This document shows, piece by piece, positions 8,150 through 16,338 of a stretch of DNA of 27,017 nt; positions within the stretch are counted from its first letter, which is position 1; each line of letters opens with the position of its first letter. This stretch comes from a virus, in the UHGV virus genome UHGV-0430895, one strand, 5' to 3'. Under the pieces are notes generated by a model that did not search any database, was not told the DNA's origin, and was given only the letters and a program-made list of their open reading frames with translations. A program made the position numbers and the translations under genes.

Positions 8150-8374
8150 TCAATAAAGTGGCTTCAATTTTGCCTTAATGATCAAATCAGGGTGATTGAC
8201 GGAATCGTACACCACCTCAATATTTTCATCCGTGGCGTCGATAAGATATTCTTTTACATAAGGACCTGTTGATTTTCCATGAAATACATCTTCAACAAGT
8301 ACACTCTCCCCCTGAACAACACGAAAACTAACTTCTGTTTCGAACGGACCAATCGTCACCATCAGTTTTTTCAC
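8150..8374 (-). CDS. 74-aa hypothetical protein (paralog B of 1406..1630)
   Basis: GTG start with strong AGGAGG SD. Shares the N-terminal motif set with paralog A. Located right after the tRNA cluster, in the slot where stx sits in Stx phages. Confidence 0.55.
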   Translation of the reverse strand: MKKLMVTIGPFETEVSFRVVQGESVLVEDVFHGKSTGPYVKEYLIDATDENIEVVYDSVNHPDLIIKAKLKPLY

Positions 8375-8426
8375 ATAGCCTCCTGATAAGCACTCGATTT
8401 ATTAGTTAATGGTGTAACGCAGATAC

Positions 8427-8450
8427 AAAAAAGGCCCGCAAAAGCGAGCC
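8427..8450 (-). terminator. Intrinsic terminator (minus strand) downstream of the tRNA cluster
   Basis: Minus-strand GGCTCGC-TTTT-GCGGGCC followed by TTTTTT; homologous to the terminator at 7834..7856. Confidence 0.55.
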
Positions 8451-8463
8451 AGGTAAATAAATA

Positions 8464-8540
8464 TGGCGCGTTGTACTGGATTCGAACCAGTGACCGATTG
8501 CTTAGAAGGCAATTGCTCTGTCCGGCTGAGCTAACAACGC
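8464..8540 (-). tRNA. tRNA-Arg (anticodon TCT)
   Basis: Manual cloverleaf: acceptor GCGTTGT/ACAACGC, D-arm GCTC...GAGC, anticodon stem ATTGC/GCAAT with loop CTTCTAA, T-loop TTCGAAT, 3' CCA encoded. Confidence 0.8.
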
Positions 8541-8553
8541 AGGGTACGGATAA

Positions 8554-8630
8554 TGGACCGCCATCGAGGACTCGAACCCCGCGCAACCAGCTTCGAAGGC
8601 TGGCGCTCTATCCCGATGAGCTAATGGCGG
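8554..8630 (-). tRNA. tRNA-Arg (anticodon TCG)
   Basis: Manual cloverleaf: anticodon stem CCAGC/GCTGG with loop CTTCGAA, T-arm CGGGG-TTCGAGT-CCTCG, 3' CCA encoded. Exact ends are uncertain by a few nt. Confidence 0.7.
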
Positions 8631-8637
8631 TATGTGA

Positions 8638-8713
8638 TGGTGGCCCTTGCTGGATTTGAACCAGCGACCTGGCGATTATGAGTCGCTCGCTCTCACCACT
8701 GAGCTAAAGGGCC
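8638..8713 (-). tRNA. tRNA with CAT anticodon (Ile2/Met type, ileZ-like of Stx phages)
   Basis: Manual cloverleaf: acceptor GGCCCTT, D-arm GCTCAGTGGTGAGAGC, anticodon loop CTCATAA, T-loop TTCAAAT, 3' CCA encoded. Same position as ileZ-argN-argO in Stx phages. Confidence 0.75.
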
Positions 8714-8753
8714 GGGCGCAGAATAATAACGGTGCGTCACTGATTCTGCAATA

Positions 8754-9812
8754 TCATCCGTTCTGACTGATAAAATCCTGAACTTCCCTGACTGTCTGCT
8801 CAAAACGTCCGGTCTCCAGCTCAACACCAATCGCCCGACGTCCCAGTGACAGCGCCGCTTTTACCGTTGAACCTGACCCCATGAAAAAATCTGCAATCAG
8901 GTCACCCGGACGACTGCTCGCACTGATTATCTGCCGCAGCATTTCTGCCGGTTTTTCGCACGGATGTTTCCCGGGATAGTACTGCACCGGTTTATGCGTC
9001 CACACATCCGTGTACGGCACCTGCGCCGTCACGCCAAAATACCGCCGCAGATGCTTATATTCACTCTGCAGTTCCGCATACTGCCGGTTCAGTGAAGTAT
9101 ACGTCTCCAGCAGCTGGTGGTGGGGCTTTTCCAGTTCACCCCGCTGATGCTTCTCTTCTGCCACCCGGGCAAACAGCGCCTGTAATTTCAGATAATCACT
9201 TTCGTCCGGTAGCTGCCACTGACTGGCACTGAACCAGTGCGACACCATGTTTTTCTTTCCTGTGGCATCCACTATCTGTTTTGCCGTTATCCCCAGGGCA
9301 GCGCGCGCATCACGAAAGTAAGCAATCAGCGGGGCCATCACATGCTGTTTCAGTGCCCTGCCCTTCGCCTCATACCCGGCATCTTTCGGACGATACGGCC
9401 CCTGATAATGTTCCGCGAACAGAATGCGCTCTGTGGCGGGGAAATACGCCCTCAGGCTTTCCTTGTTGCACCCGTTCCAGCGTCCGGACGGCTTCGCCCA
9501 GATGATATGGTTCAGTACGTTAAACCGCTCACGCATCATGATTTCGGTGTCAGATGCCAGGCGATGCCCACAGAACAGGTAAAGGCTTCCGGCAGGTTTT
9601 AACACCCGCCAGAACTGCGCCAGACACTGGTCCAGCCACTTCAGGTAATCATCGTCGCCCTTCCACTGGTTATCCCAGCCCTCAGGCTTCACTTTAAAGT
9701 ACGGCGGGTCCGTGACTATCAGGTCAACAGAATTTTCGGGTAACGACCGGATAAATTCCAGGCAGTCGGCGTTGATTAACTCACAACTGGATATTTTTAC
9801 AGTATTAAGCAT
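8754..9812 (-). CDS. Orphan DNA N6-adenine/N4-cytosine methyltransferase (beta-class, DPPY)
   Basis: 352 aa; N-terminal catalytic motif IV (LIVTDPPYF) and C-terminal SAM-binding motif I (DFFMGSGST). No adjacent restriction endonuclease. Confidence 0.8.
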   Translation of the reverse strand: MLNTVKISSCELINADCLEFIRSLPENSVDLIVTDPPYFKVKPEGWDNQWKGDDDYLKWLDQCLAQFWRVLKPAGSLYLFCGHRLASDTEIMMRERFNVLNHIIWAKPSGRWNGCNKESLRAYFPATERILFAEHYQGPYRPKDAGYEAKGRALKQHVMAPLIAYFRDARAALGITAKQIVDATGKKNMVSHWFSASQWQLPDESDYLKLQALFARVAEEKHQRGELEKPHHQLLETYTSLNRQYAELQSEYKHLRRYFGVTAQVPYTDVWTHKPVQYYPGKHPCEKPAEMLRQIISASSRPGDLIADFFMGSGSTVKAALSLGRRAIGVELETGRFEQTVREVQDFISQNG

Positions 9813-9949
9813 GGATCATTAAGCCTGTCTCTGATAGGCTCATTCTGCTTTTGCGCAAAGCAGTGGGCCTGAGGTTTGCTTGTGATCCGGACGCATGAGC
9901 AGATGGCTGGTGAGTGCCCCTAACACCCACCAGCCGCCCATTTACCACA

Positions 9950-9977
9950 AATAAAAAAGCCTTCAGGACTGAAGGCG
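9950..9977 (-). terminator. Intrinsic terminator (minus strand) overlapping the 3' end of the 65-aa ORF
   Basis: Minus-strand GCCTTCAG-TCC-TGAAGGC followed by TTTTTTATTT. Confidence 0.55.
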
Positions 9978-10160
9978 TCTGTAACAACCAAACTGATAGT
10001 CTGCCAGACCCGCCATAACCAGCTGGGTCAGTATTAACTGGCAGCGTTCGCGTGAAAGGTAAGTATTCTGCGCAATCTCCCCGACTGTCGCCGGGTCGGT
10101 AACGCTTAATTCATTAAACACCACTCTGGCGGTTTCTGTCATATCCTGCTGTTTTAGCAT
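9963..10160 (-). CDS. 65-aa hypothetical protein, first ORF after the late terminator
   Basis: ORF only; weak RBS; no family recognised. Confidence 0.35.
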   Translation of the reverse strand: MLKQQDMTETARVVFNELSVTDPATVGEIAQNTYLSRERCQLILTQLVMAGLADYQFGCYRRLQS

Positions 10161-10282
10161 GCCTTTTTTCCCTTTTCCGGTTAACGTGACATACCAATAA
10201 CTCTTGTCGAAAAAGCCAGCAAGCTGAAAGAACGGTATTAATAACCACCAGCGAATTTATTGCGCTGCTGTATATTACGGAC

Positions 10283-10305
10283 ACAAAAAAACCACCTTCC
10301 GGTGG
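10283..10305 (-). terminator. Intrinsic terminator downstream of the Q-like gene (tR'-like)
   Basis: Minus-strand CCACC-GGAA-GGTGG followed by TTTTTTT, about 100 nt downstream of the Q-like stop. This is the position of lambda tR'. Confidence 0.6.
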
Positions 10306-10403
10306 CTTCCTTGTGCGAAAAAAACTTGCGTTTCGCCTCGCGATACAGCTTTGCGAAGCTTACAGGAATTCAAGCTGTTTCTGCGTAAAAAAGCAAGCTT
10401 TTT

Positions 10404-10946
10404 TTATCGAAATGAATCATGCATAGGTACATAAAGCATGTGTTCAGCCACGGCTAACCAACCTGCAATACGTTTCTCACATGTGCTGAAGCACCATTCC
10501 GGGTGAGTACGATTTAAACATTCTGCCATTTTTCTCTTACTCATTCCCCGTCCTTCGTACCTTTGCCGGAGAATATTGATTAGCCCGGGATATTCCCCAA
10601 GCACCTCACTGATGACGCGATCAATAATCAACGCCTCTGTGTCTGTACAATGTGACAACCAGCTCTTCTGCTTCCCTCTGGTCATATCCCGAAAAAATGC
10701 CTCAAGTTCCGGTTTATCCAGCCCGGATTTCTTCATTCTGCGTAAAACCTCATTAACTGCTGTTTTTGTCAGCTTCTTCGAAACCAGTAACCGGTTAAAC
10801 ATATTTCCGGATTTACCCCCACCTATATACGACCACCGCCCCCACATCCGTAATTTCCCCTGGATCCAGACTGCTTCCAGCGTGTTCAGGCGTAAATGTT
10901 CGCCGCTTTTGCCTGTAATTTCCGGATATATCATATTTACGCTCAC
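10404..10946 (-). CDS. Putative late-gene antiterminator (Q-like)
   Basis: 180-aa ORF immediately upstream of the terminator/late region and downstream of rusA, the canonical Q position. The family assignment is by position and recollection of prophage antitermination proteins, not by a recognised motif. Confidence 0.5.
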   Translation of the reverse strand: MSVNMIYPEITGKSGEHLRLNTLEAVWIQGKLRMWGRWSYIGGGKSGNMFNRLLVSKKLTKTAVNEVLRRMKKSGLDKPELEAFFRDMTRGKQKSWLSHCTDTEALIIDRVISEVLGEYPGLINILRQRYEGRGMSKRKMAECLNRTHPEWCFSTCEKRIAGWLAVAEHMLYVPMHDSFR

Positions 10947-11302
10947 TCACTCTCAATTTTGTAAATCTTCACACCCAGCCGTCCACCAGATACTGGCTGA
11001 CCACGTACAATATTGATTTCATCAAACTGCTCGTCATCAATGAGCACTCCCGCATGCGTCAGCGCATCCAGCGGTGCTTTCAGAATATTGTCCAGGTCGC
11101 GACGGCGCTTATCCGGTGGCTCTGCAATCACCTTTATCGCCAGCCTTCCGGACAGGCTTAATTTCAGCCGCTGCTGGCGAACAATAAGCGCCACTGCCCG
11201 GCGATAACGCTCCCCGGCTTTTGATACAAAATATGTGCTGCCACGGCGTCGCCAGTAAGTGTTCACTGTCGGCGGATAAGGTAAAACCAAATCTATGAGC
11301 AT
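10943..11302 (-). CDS. rusA: RusA Holliday-junction resolvase
   Basis: 119 aa; PYPPTVNTYW...RRRDLDNILKAPLDALTHAGVLIDDEQ matches the RusA family signature, including the catalytic DxD region. Confidence 0.85.
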   Translation of the reverse strand: MLIDLVLPYPPTVNTYWRRRGSTYFVSKAGERYRRAVALIVRQQRLKLSLSGRLAIKVIAEPPDKRRRDLDNILKAPLDALTHAGVLIDDEQFDEINIVRGQPVSGGRLGVKIYKIESE

Positions 11303-11314
11303 CAGTCACCTCTT

Positions 11315-12418
11315 TTACCCGAGCACGCCAGTTGCAAAGGCGTGATCAAGAAAACGAAAAATTAACTCAACCTGGGAGCCGTACTTTTTCTCAAACTCCA
11401 GCGGGTCAGCATGAAGTTCGTTGTGATGTTCCCGGCACAACGGTAGCGTGAAAATATCGTGGGCCTTTGTTCCCATTCCCCCCTGACCATGACCAATCAG
11501 GTGATGCGGATCGTCAGCTGGCTTACCACAACACGCACACGGCTGTGTCTTTACCCAGCGCGTGTATTTCTCATTAACCCAACGGCGACGTTTAGGCCGC
11601 CTCATGAACGATTCAGGAGACTCCGGATCAACGGCGATACTGACAACCGTTTTTTTCTGTGGTGGATTTTGTTGCTGGTGGACGTGAAGTGGCAGCGCAA
11701 TATTTTTTGTGCGCTGCTTCAGTATGCTGATGGCTGTCTGTTCTCCCGGTACGATGTCACTCTCACGGTATACGGAGCGGATTTTTTCCGCTGGTAATCC
11801 CAGCGAACGACGCGCTACTGCCTCAGGTAGTGCATCCACCACCTGATTGCAGGCCGCCCACCAGGATAATTCGGCCAGCGATAACTCCCTCTCCTGCGTA
11901 CCGCTTATTGCGTGACGGATGACGTCAATCATCCAGGCAACCAGATTCTGTTGAGCAAGTAGCTCCAGTGAATCAGATGTCTGCTCCCGCAGGTGGTTGT
12001 CGCAGTGCCAGCACAACACCATCGCGCCGGTACCGTAACGGTGAATGACGGTTTCGCTGTGATGATAATCGCCGTGTGGCCACTGGCAGGATTTCACGTG
12101 ACGTAATAACCAGTCAGACAGTGCACCAGCGCCACCCGCAGCACGGATCACCCGCTCATCGATGAAAAATGGCAGTAATGATTTATCTTCCGCCAGCGGC
12201 TGGCGAACGGCAGGTACAACCCCGGACGGCAGAGCACGCATGCTTTTCGGTTCCGGCTCCACCAGCACCCTGCCGCAATGAAAAACCGGCAGTGATTCAC
12301 GACCGGGCGTAAGGACCACCAGCCCGAGTTCCGGAACCAGAACAGGTCGAAGTAATACCCGCACATTACCTCCAGACGCGCTGACGGTAGCAGGCATGTG
12401 TCCGTGGCAGATGTGCAC
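11315..12418 (-). CDS. DUF968 (YdfU-like) prophage protein with HNH-like Cys/His C-terminus; true start probably internal
   Basis: C-terminal PCACCGKPADDPHHLIGHGQGGMGTKAHDIFTLPLCREHHNELH motif. The 5' extent overlaps the 12366..12701 ORF, so the start is uncertain. Confidence 0.6.
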   Translation of the reverse strand: MHICHGHMPATVSASGGNVRVLLRPVLVPELGLVVLTPGRESLPVFHCGRVLVEPEPKSMRALPSGVVPAVRQPLAEDKSLLPFFIDERVIRAAGGAGALSDWLLRHVKSCQWPHGDYHHSETVIHRYGTGAMVLCWHCDNHLREQTSDSLELLAQQNLVAWMIDVIRHAISGTQERELSLAELSWWAACNQVVDALPEAVARRSLGLPAEKIRSVYRESDIVPGEQTAISILKQRTKNIALPLHVHQQQNPPQKKTVVSIAVDPESPESFMRRPKRRRWVNEKYTRWVKTQPCACCGKPADDPHHLIGHGQGGMGTKAHDIFTLPLCREHHNELHADPLEFEKKYGSQVELIFRFLDHAFATGVLG

Positions 12419-12701
12419 GAACAGGAAGATATACAGAAACGGTCCAGGTCAGACGGTCAGCGTTCAGGCTCCGCTCCACACGGACACCGCGACGCCAATA
12501 CGCCTGTTGAAGCATATCGGCCTCATCGGTCGAACAGAACAGATAATGAAACCAGCCATACTGAGGCACACGGAAACGCCGCCCCTGCTTAGTAGTCGGG
12601 GCGGCTTCGGAATTGTGGGATTTTATATGTTGCGCCATCGGCTTCTCCGGTGACGCAGCAGGTGCCAGTTGTTCAGGCTGACGGCGCGAATTGTAAGGCA
12701 A
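12366..12701 (-). CDS. Hypothetical protein (nin-region)
   Basis: ORF only; overlaps the DUF968 ORF's upstream extension, so one of the two starts is wrong. Confidence 0.3.
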   Translation of the reverse strand: MPYNSRRQPEQLAPAASPEKPMAQHIKSHNSEAAPTTKQGRRFRVPQYGWFHYLFCSTDEADMLQQAYWRRGVRVERSLNADRLTWTVSVYLPVRAHLPRTHACYRQRVWR

Positions 12702-12758
12702 TACGCCGGAATGTACAAACAGAAAACCCGTCAGTAAGACGGGGATAACCAGAACCGG

Positions 12759-13106
12759 TTACTTTAATAATTTCAGCGTTTTTACATCCAGTTCAACACT
12801 GTTCAGGTCTTTATCAAGTTCACCCTCGATTATTACCTTATCTTCCGGAGACACATTCTGCCCGGCCCATACACTTTCATCGATATCCGTGACAATGGTT
12901 CCGCTACTGTCGCGAAACTCATAACGATCATCACCCAATTTTTTAACGATGTGCCCTTCAAGGATAACCCATGCCTCGTCCTTCTGTTCTTTTGCCTGCA
13001 CTACTGTTGTTGAACGCTCTGCTTCAGACCCCAGAAAACCTCCCTGTTGTGCAAAAACGCCAAAAGACACGCAGGAAAAAAGGGCTGCGATTAATACTTT
13101 TTTCAT
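12759..13106 (-). CDS. YgiW/YdeI-family periplasmic OB-fold (BOF) protein
   Basis: Signal peptide MKKVLIAALFSCVSFGVFA, then QGGF...VVQAKEQKDEAWVILEGHIVKKLGDDRYEFRDSSGTI...VELDVK, matching the YgiW family pattern. Confidence 0.75.
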   Translation of the reverse strand: MKKVLIAALFSCVSFGVFAQQGGFLGSEAERSTTVVQAKEQKDEAWVILEGHIVKKLGDDRYEFRDSSGTIVTDIDESVWAGQNVSPEDKVIIEGELDKDLNSVELDVKTLKLLK

Positions 13107-13223
13107 TATCGTCCTCTTCAAGAAATTAACATGAACACTTGCATTGCAGCATATAAAATGCGGGTGCGTTGAGGATGCCTGACACATCAGAGGTGGCGAG
13201 GGATTTCTCCCTCGCCTGGTCTC

Positions 13224-13379
13224 TTACTTCTCAGATTCGTAGTCTACGAAGACAGCGACCTCCGTCTGGCCGGTTCGGATTCGTACCTCGCAGAGGTCTT
13301 TCCTCGTTACCAGTGCCGTCACTATGACGGTTAAACAGATGACAATCAGGGCGATTAACATCGCCTTTTGCTGCTTCAT
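13224..13379 (-). CDS. hokD: Hok/Gef-family type I toxin (HokD/RelF-like)
   Basis: MKQQKAMLIALIVICLTVIVTALVTRKDLCEVRIRTGQTEVAVF... is essentially the HokD sequence as I recall it. The upstream region is strongly structured (9-bp inverted repeat CTGTCTGCC/GGCAGACAG). Confidence 0.8.
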   Translation of the reverse strand: MKQQKAMLIALIVICLTVIVTALVTRKDLCEVRIRTGQTEVAVFVDYESEK

Positions 13380-13624
13380 AGCCTGCTTCTCCTTGCCTTT
13401 CGGCACGTAAGAGGCTAACCTACATGTGCAAAGCATGAAATTGGCCTCAGATTAATGTTAAGCGTCTTGCCGGACGCGTAATGTTAACTGGGGCTTTTCT
13501 CTGTCTGCCTTACGGTGGCATGCCCGAGGCAGACAGCCTCAAGCACCCGCAGCAATTCTACTTAACTCTCGCTTTACCGCAAACCGTTTTTACCCGATAT
13601 GGGAATCCCCATATCGCAATGAAA

Positions 13625-13729
13625 TCAGTTTCCCATCCGATCCATCAAAAACACAACCAGGCAGTAAACGCCCACAACAGAAATAACGGCCAGCGCGCCT
13701 TCCATTGCCAGTGAAAGATCATCCGACAT
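13625..13729 (-). CDS. Candidate 34-aa hydrophobic peptide (below ORF-track cutoff)
   Basis: Strong SD AAGGAGGG, 5-nt spacer, ATG. Translation MSDDLSLAMEGALAVISVVGVYCLVVFLMDRMGN. Confidence 0.45.
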   Translation of the reverse strand: MSDDLSLAMEGALAVISVVGVYCLVVFLMDRMGN

Positions 13730-13844
13730 ATTCCCTCCTTTGGTGTGAATCCCGGCGAACGTTTTTACTCCCACCGACAAATAACATATACTAAAAAAGC
13801 GATAGCCATAGCAACGCCTGTAATTGCAAAGGCTTCAGGCCAGT

Positions 13845-14150
13845 TCATCGTAAAACATCCTCCACACTTATCAGTCCATTTCGCTTCAGATAGTCCATCG
13901 CCTTATCCGGTAATTTGCAGTCCAACTTCGCTTTCTTCAGATGCCTGGCTAACTGCTTTACCAGCATGGTTAACTCGTAGACCGAACGTTGATACTCCAC
14001 TGGTTTGTATTCATGCAATTTACCAACTGGCTCTGCTTCCAGCAATGCCAGTGCAATCCGTGCCAGTTCCATTTGTTCGCCACGGGTAAGTCCGTTATCA
14101 AGCGGATTTTTAATGAATAATTCGATACGTTCTTTGGTAATAGAATTCAT
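13845..14150 (-). CDS. 101-aa hypothetical protein
   Basis: ORF packed tightly (1-nt gap) after the 14152..14400 ORF; no family recognised. Confidence 0.45.
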   Translation of the reverse strand: MNSITKERIELFIKNPLDNGLTRGEQMELARIALALLEAEPVGKLHEYKPVEYQRSVYELTMLVKQLARHLKKAKLDCKLPDKAMDYLKRNGLISVEDVLR

Positions 14151-14151
14151 G

Positions 14152-14400
14152 CTATTTCACCTTAATCTCAACATTTCGCAGCTTTAACTCTATTGGTAGG
14201 TCTGACTTTCCTGTTAATGCTAATGCGAGATTTTCAGGAGTAATGAGAGCAGTTATTGTTTTCCCCATCGCCAGACGAATAATCATTCGTATTTCGCGAT
14301 CGTCACATGCTCCTGGTCGAACAATTGATATTTGTCCGTTCATCTCACTCTCCTTTGATGCGAATGCCAGCGGTAATTGAAGCCTGATAGCTAATTTCAC
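14152..14400 (-). CDS. 82-aa hypothetical protein
   Basis: ORF contiguous with its neighbours in the replication operon; no family recognised. Confidence 0.4.
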   Translation of the reverse strand: MKLAIRLQLPLAFASKESEMNGQISIVRPGACDDREIRMIIRLAMGKTITALITPENLALALTGKSDLPIELKLRNVEIKVK

Positions 14401-14838
14401 TCACAGTACCGCCTCCTGAAAATTACCCTGATAGAAAGCCAGTACACGCCGCATAGCTTCGCTCTTCCGGCACTCGCGACAGATTATGTTCTGTCGTCTG
14501 TTGTAACGACGTATTTCTCCGTCTGGTAATGACCAGATAAGCTCAGGATCAACCACAACCGGTTTCTTCACCTTTGCCCTTGATAGTTTTTTGCGGGCGT
14601 TTTGCCATTCTTTACGCGCCTGCTCAGACGGGAATAATCCGTAGCCTGAATTGTAAACATCACCACTGGCAACCAATTCTCTGGCGAGAGTGCTTATGTA
14701 ATACCTTGATGCACCGGTTTTAGCCTCCAGAGCCCGTAACGTCTCGCGACCGCTCAGACGTACAAGTTCAACAACCTGCCCTTTAATTTTTTCCCGCTCT
14801 TCTGGTGTAAATACTTTTTCCATAGGTGCCTCCGGCAA
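14401..14838 (-). CDS. 145-aa hypothetical protein
   Basis: ORF contiguous with upstream and downstream genes; no family recognised. Confidence 0.45.
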   Translation of the reverse strand: MPEAPMEKVFTPEEREKIKGQVVELVRLSGRETLRALEAKTGASRYYISTLARELVASGDVYNSGYGLFPSEQARKEWQNARKKLSRAKVKKPVVVDPELIWSLPDGEIRRYNRRQNIICRECRKSEAMRRVLAFYQGNFQEAVL

Positions 14839-15582
14839 TCACTTTTCCGACACAATACGACTGGAGGAATCGAAAATCTGTCGAACAATATCCCGGTGCG
14901 TGTTCAGCTCCCGCAGCGCAGCACAGACGCGTTCCCACTTCTGGACATCACTTTTCGCCCGGCGCAGCTCGCGGTTAGCCACATGCAGCGATGGTAGAAT
15001 CAGGTCATCTGCTTTCATTTCGCTGAGCGATGGCTGTAACTTCACAATGTCTTCCACGATTTCTGTTTTCATTTCCTCCTGTGCCGTCGTTTCCTGGACT
15101 GGTAACGCAACACCTGCTGGCTGAGGAAAGGCTTTACCCTCCGTTTCCGCTACGGATGCAGCTTCCGGCTCTGCCGGTAAATCAGCGCCCGGTATGCAGT
15201 AACGAAATTTACCGCCCTGATTCACGCGAATCAGACGCCCTTTGCTGATTGCCATCGCCAGCGATGAATTCGCCCGGCGGGAGGTAATTCCGAACATCAG
15301 TGCCAGTTCATCCGCCGTTTGTGGGCCATGTTGTTCAATCGCCTCTGTCAGCATTTGCGCAGTCACTTTCGGTACCGGTGACACCGATTCACTTTCACCA
15401 GCCTGAGTCAGCCACCACATCGACCCCTTGTTATCCGCTTCACCGCGGCGCTTCAGTTTCCACAGTTCGTTGACCGCCTCTTCACGGCTGATTCCAAGGC
15501 GCGATGCCACTACCTGTGAAGAGGCTTTTTTCAGTGCTTTCAGTGCGTCAAATACGGTTTCCATTAAAACGTCCTCCGACAA
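14839..15582 (-). CDS. 247-aa hypothetical prophage protein (possibly winged-helix)
   Basis: ORF immediately downstream of the DnaC-like gene; no confident family assignment. Confidence 0.45.
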   Translation of the reverse strand: MSEDVLMETVFDALKALKKASSQVVASRLGISREEAVNELWKLKRRGEADNKGSMWWLTQAGESESVSPVPKVTAQMLTEAIEQHGPQTADELALMFGITSRRANSSLAMAISKGRLIRVNQGGKFRYCIPGADLPAEPEAASVAETEGKAFPQPAGVALPVQETTAQEEMKTEIVEDIVKLQPSLSEMKADDLILPSLHVANRELRRAKSDVQKWERVCAALRELNTHRDIVRQIFDSSSRIVSEK

Positions 15583-15585
15583 AAA

Positions 15586-16332
15586 TTACTTCACAACCCT
15601 CTGATTGCTGACATTTGGACGCCAGCTATCCCAGTTAAACGTCACCCATCGACCACCGTTCATGGTCATGCGGTCCATAATCCTCTCACCGAGAAGCGTA
15701 CTCATTGCGGCATGATTCAGGTTTGTTAACATCCCGACACTGCACAGTGATGCTGTCCGGCGATCAATTATCTGGTGCAATACCACCTGCTCGTTTTTCG
15801 TCTCACGCTGAACGCCTATTTCATCCAGGACCAGCAAATCAACCCCGCAAAGCTCCTGTAAAAATTTTTCCCCGGACTGGCCGTTGTCGTAGCTGTCATG
15901 CAACACACTCATGACGTCAGACACGGTGACGATAATCACGCTGCTCCCCTTCGCCATCAGCCGGTTGCCCATCGCCGCTGCAAGGTGATTTTTCCCGGTG
16001 CCGGTTTTACCGCTGAACACAAAATTCGTGCACCCGGTCATCAGTTCGTCAGCGATGGATTTTGCCTGGCTCAGCGCGTGTTTTTGCCCGTCGTTCTGCA
16101 CCTGATAATTCGCAAACGAGCATTTGCTGTGCAGAGGCTGGATGCCCGAACGATTCAGGATTTTTTCCACCCGCAACTGGCGATTCTGGCGGTTAATCTC
16201 CTCGCTGCGTTTTCGTCCTTCAGCAAGCTGCCATTCCCGCCACTCCTCCACCGTCCGGTACGGTGGAACCGCCCCCTGTGGTGCAAGTCTGCGAATACGT
16301 TCAAGAACCCCGGCTGCCGCAATGTTTTTCAT
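15586..16332 (-). CDS. DnaC-like helicase loader (IstB-type AAA+ ATPase)
   Basis: Walker A FSGKTGTGKNHLAAAMG, Walker B LLVLDEIG, and overall collinearity with E. coli DnaC. Confidence 0.85.
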   Translation of the reverse strand: MKNIAAAGVLERIRRLAPQGAVPPYRTVEEWREWQLAEGRKRSEEINRQNRQLRVEKILNRSGIQPLHSKCSFANYQVQNDGQKHALSQAKSIADELMTGCTNFVFSGKTGTGKNHLAAAMGNRLMAKGSSVIIVTVSDVMSVLHDSYDNGQSGEKFLQELCGVDLLVLDEIGVQRETKNEQVVLHQIIDRRTASLCSVGMLTNLNHAAMSTLLGERIMDRMTMNGGRWVTFNWDSWRPNVSNQRVVK

Positions 16333-16338
16333 GCCACG

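Noticed and set aside
6610-8400. Possible Shiga toxin genes at the tRNA to nanS-p slot
   Set aside because: No ORF in any frame shows the StxA (about 315 aa) or StxB (about 89 aa, signal peptide) pattern; the slot is occupied by TerB-like and small hypothetical genes.
12759-13187. Long form of the YgiW-like ORF starting MCQASSTHPHF
   Set aside because: The N-terminal extension precedes an obvious signal peptide (MKKVLIAALF...); the start at 13106 is preferred.
13380-13436. Upstream in-frame extension of hok (MLCTCRL...) as a mok-like ORF
   Set aside because: mok normally overlaps hok in a different frame; this is an in-frame extension lacking an RBS, so the 51-aa hok start is preferred.
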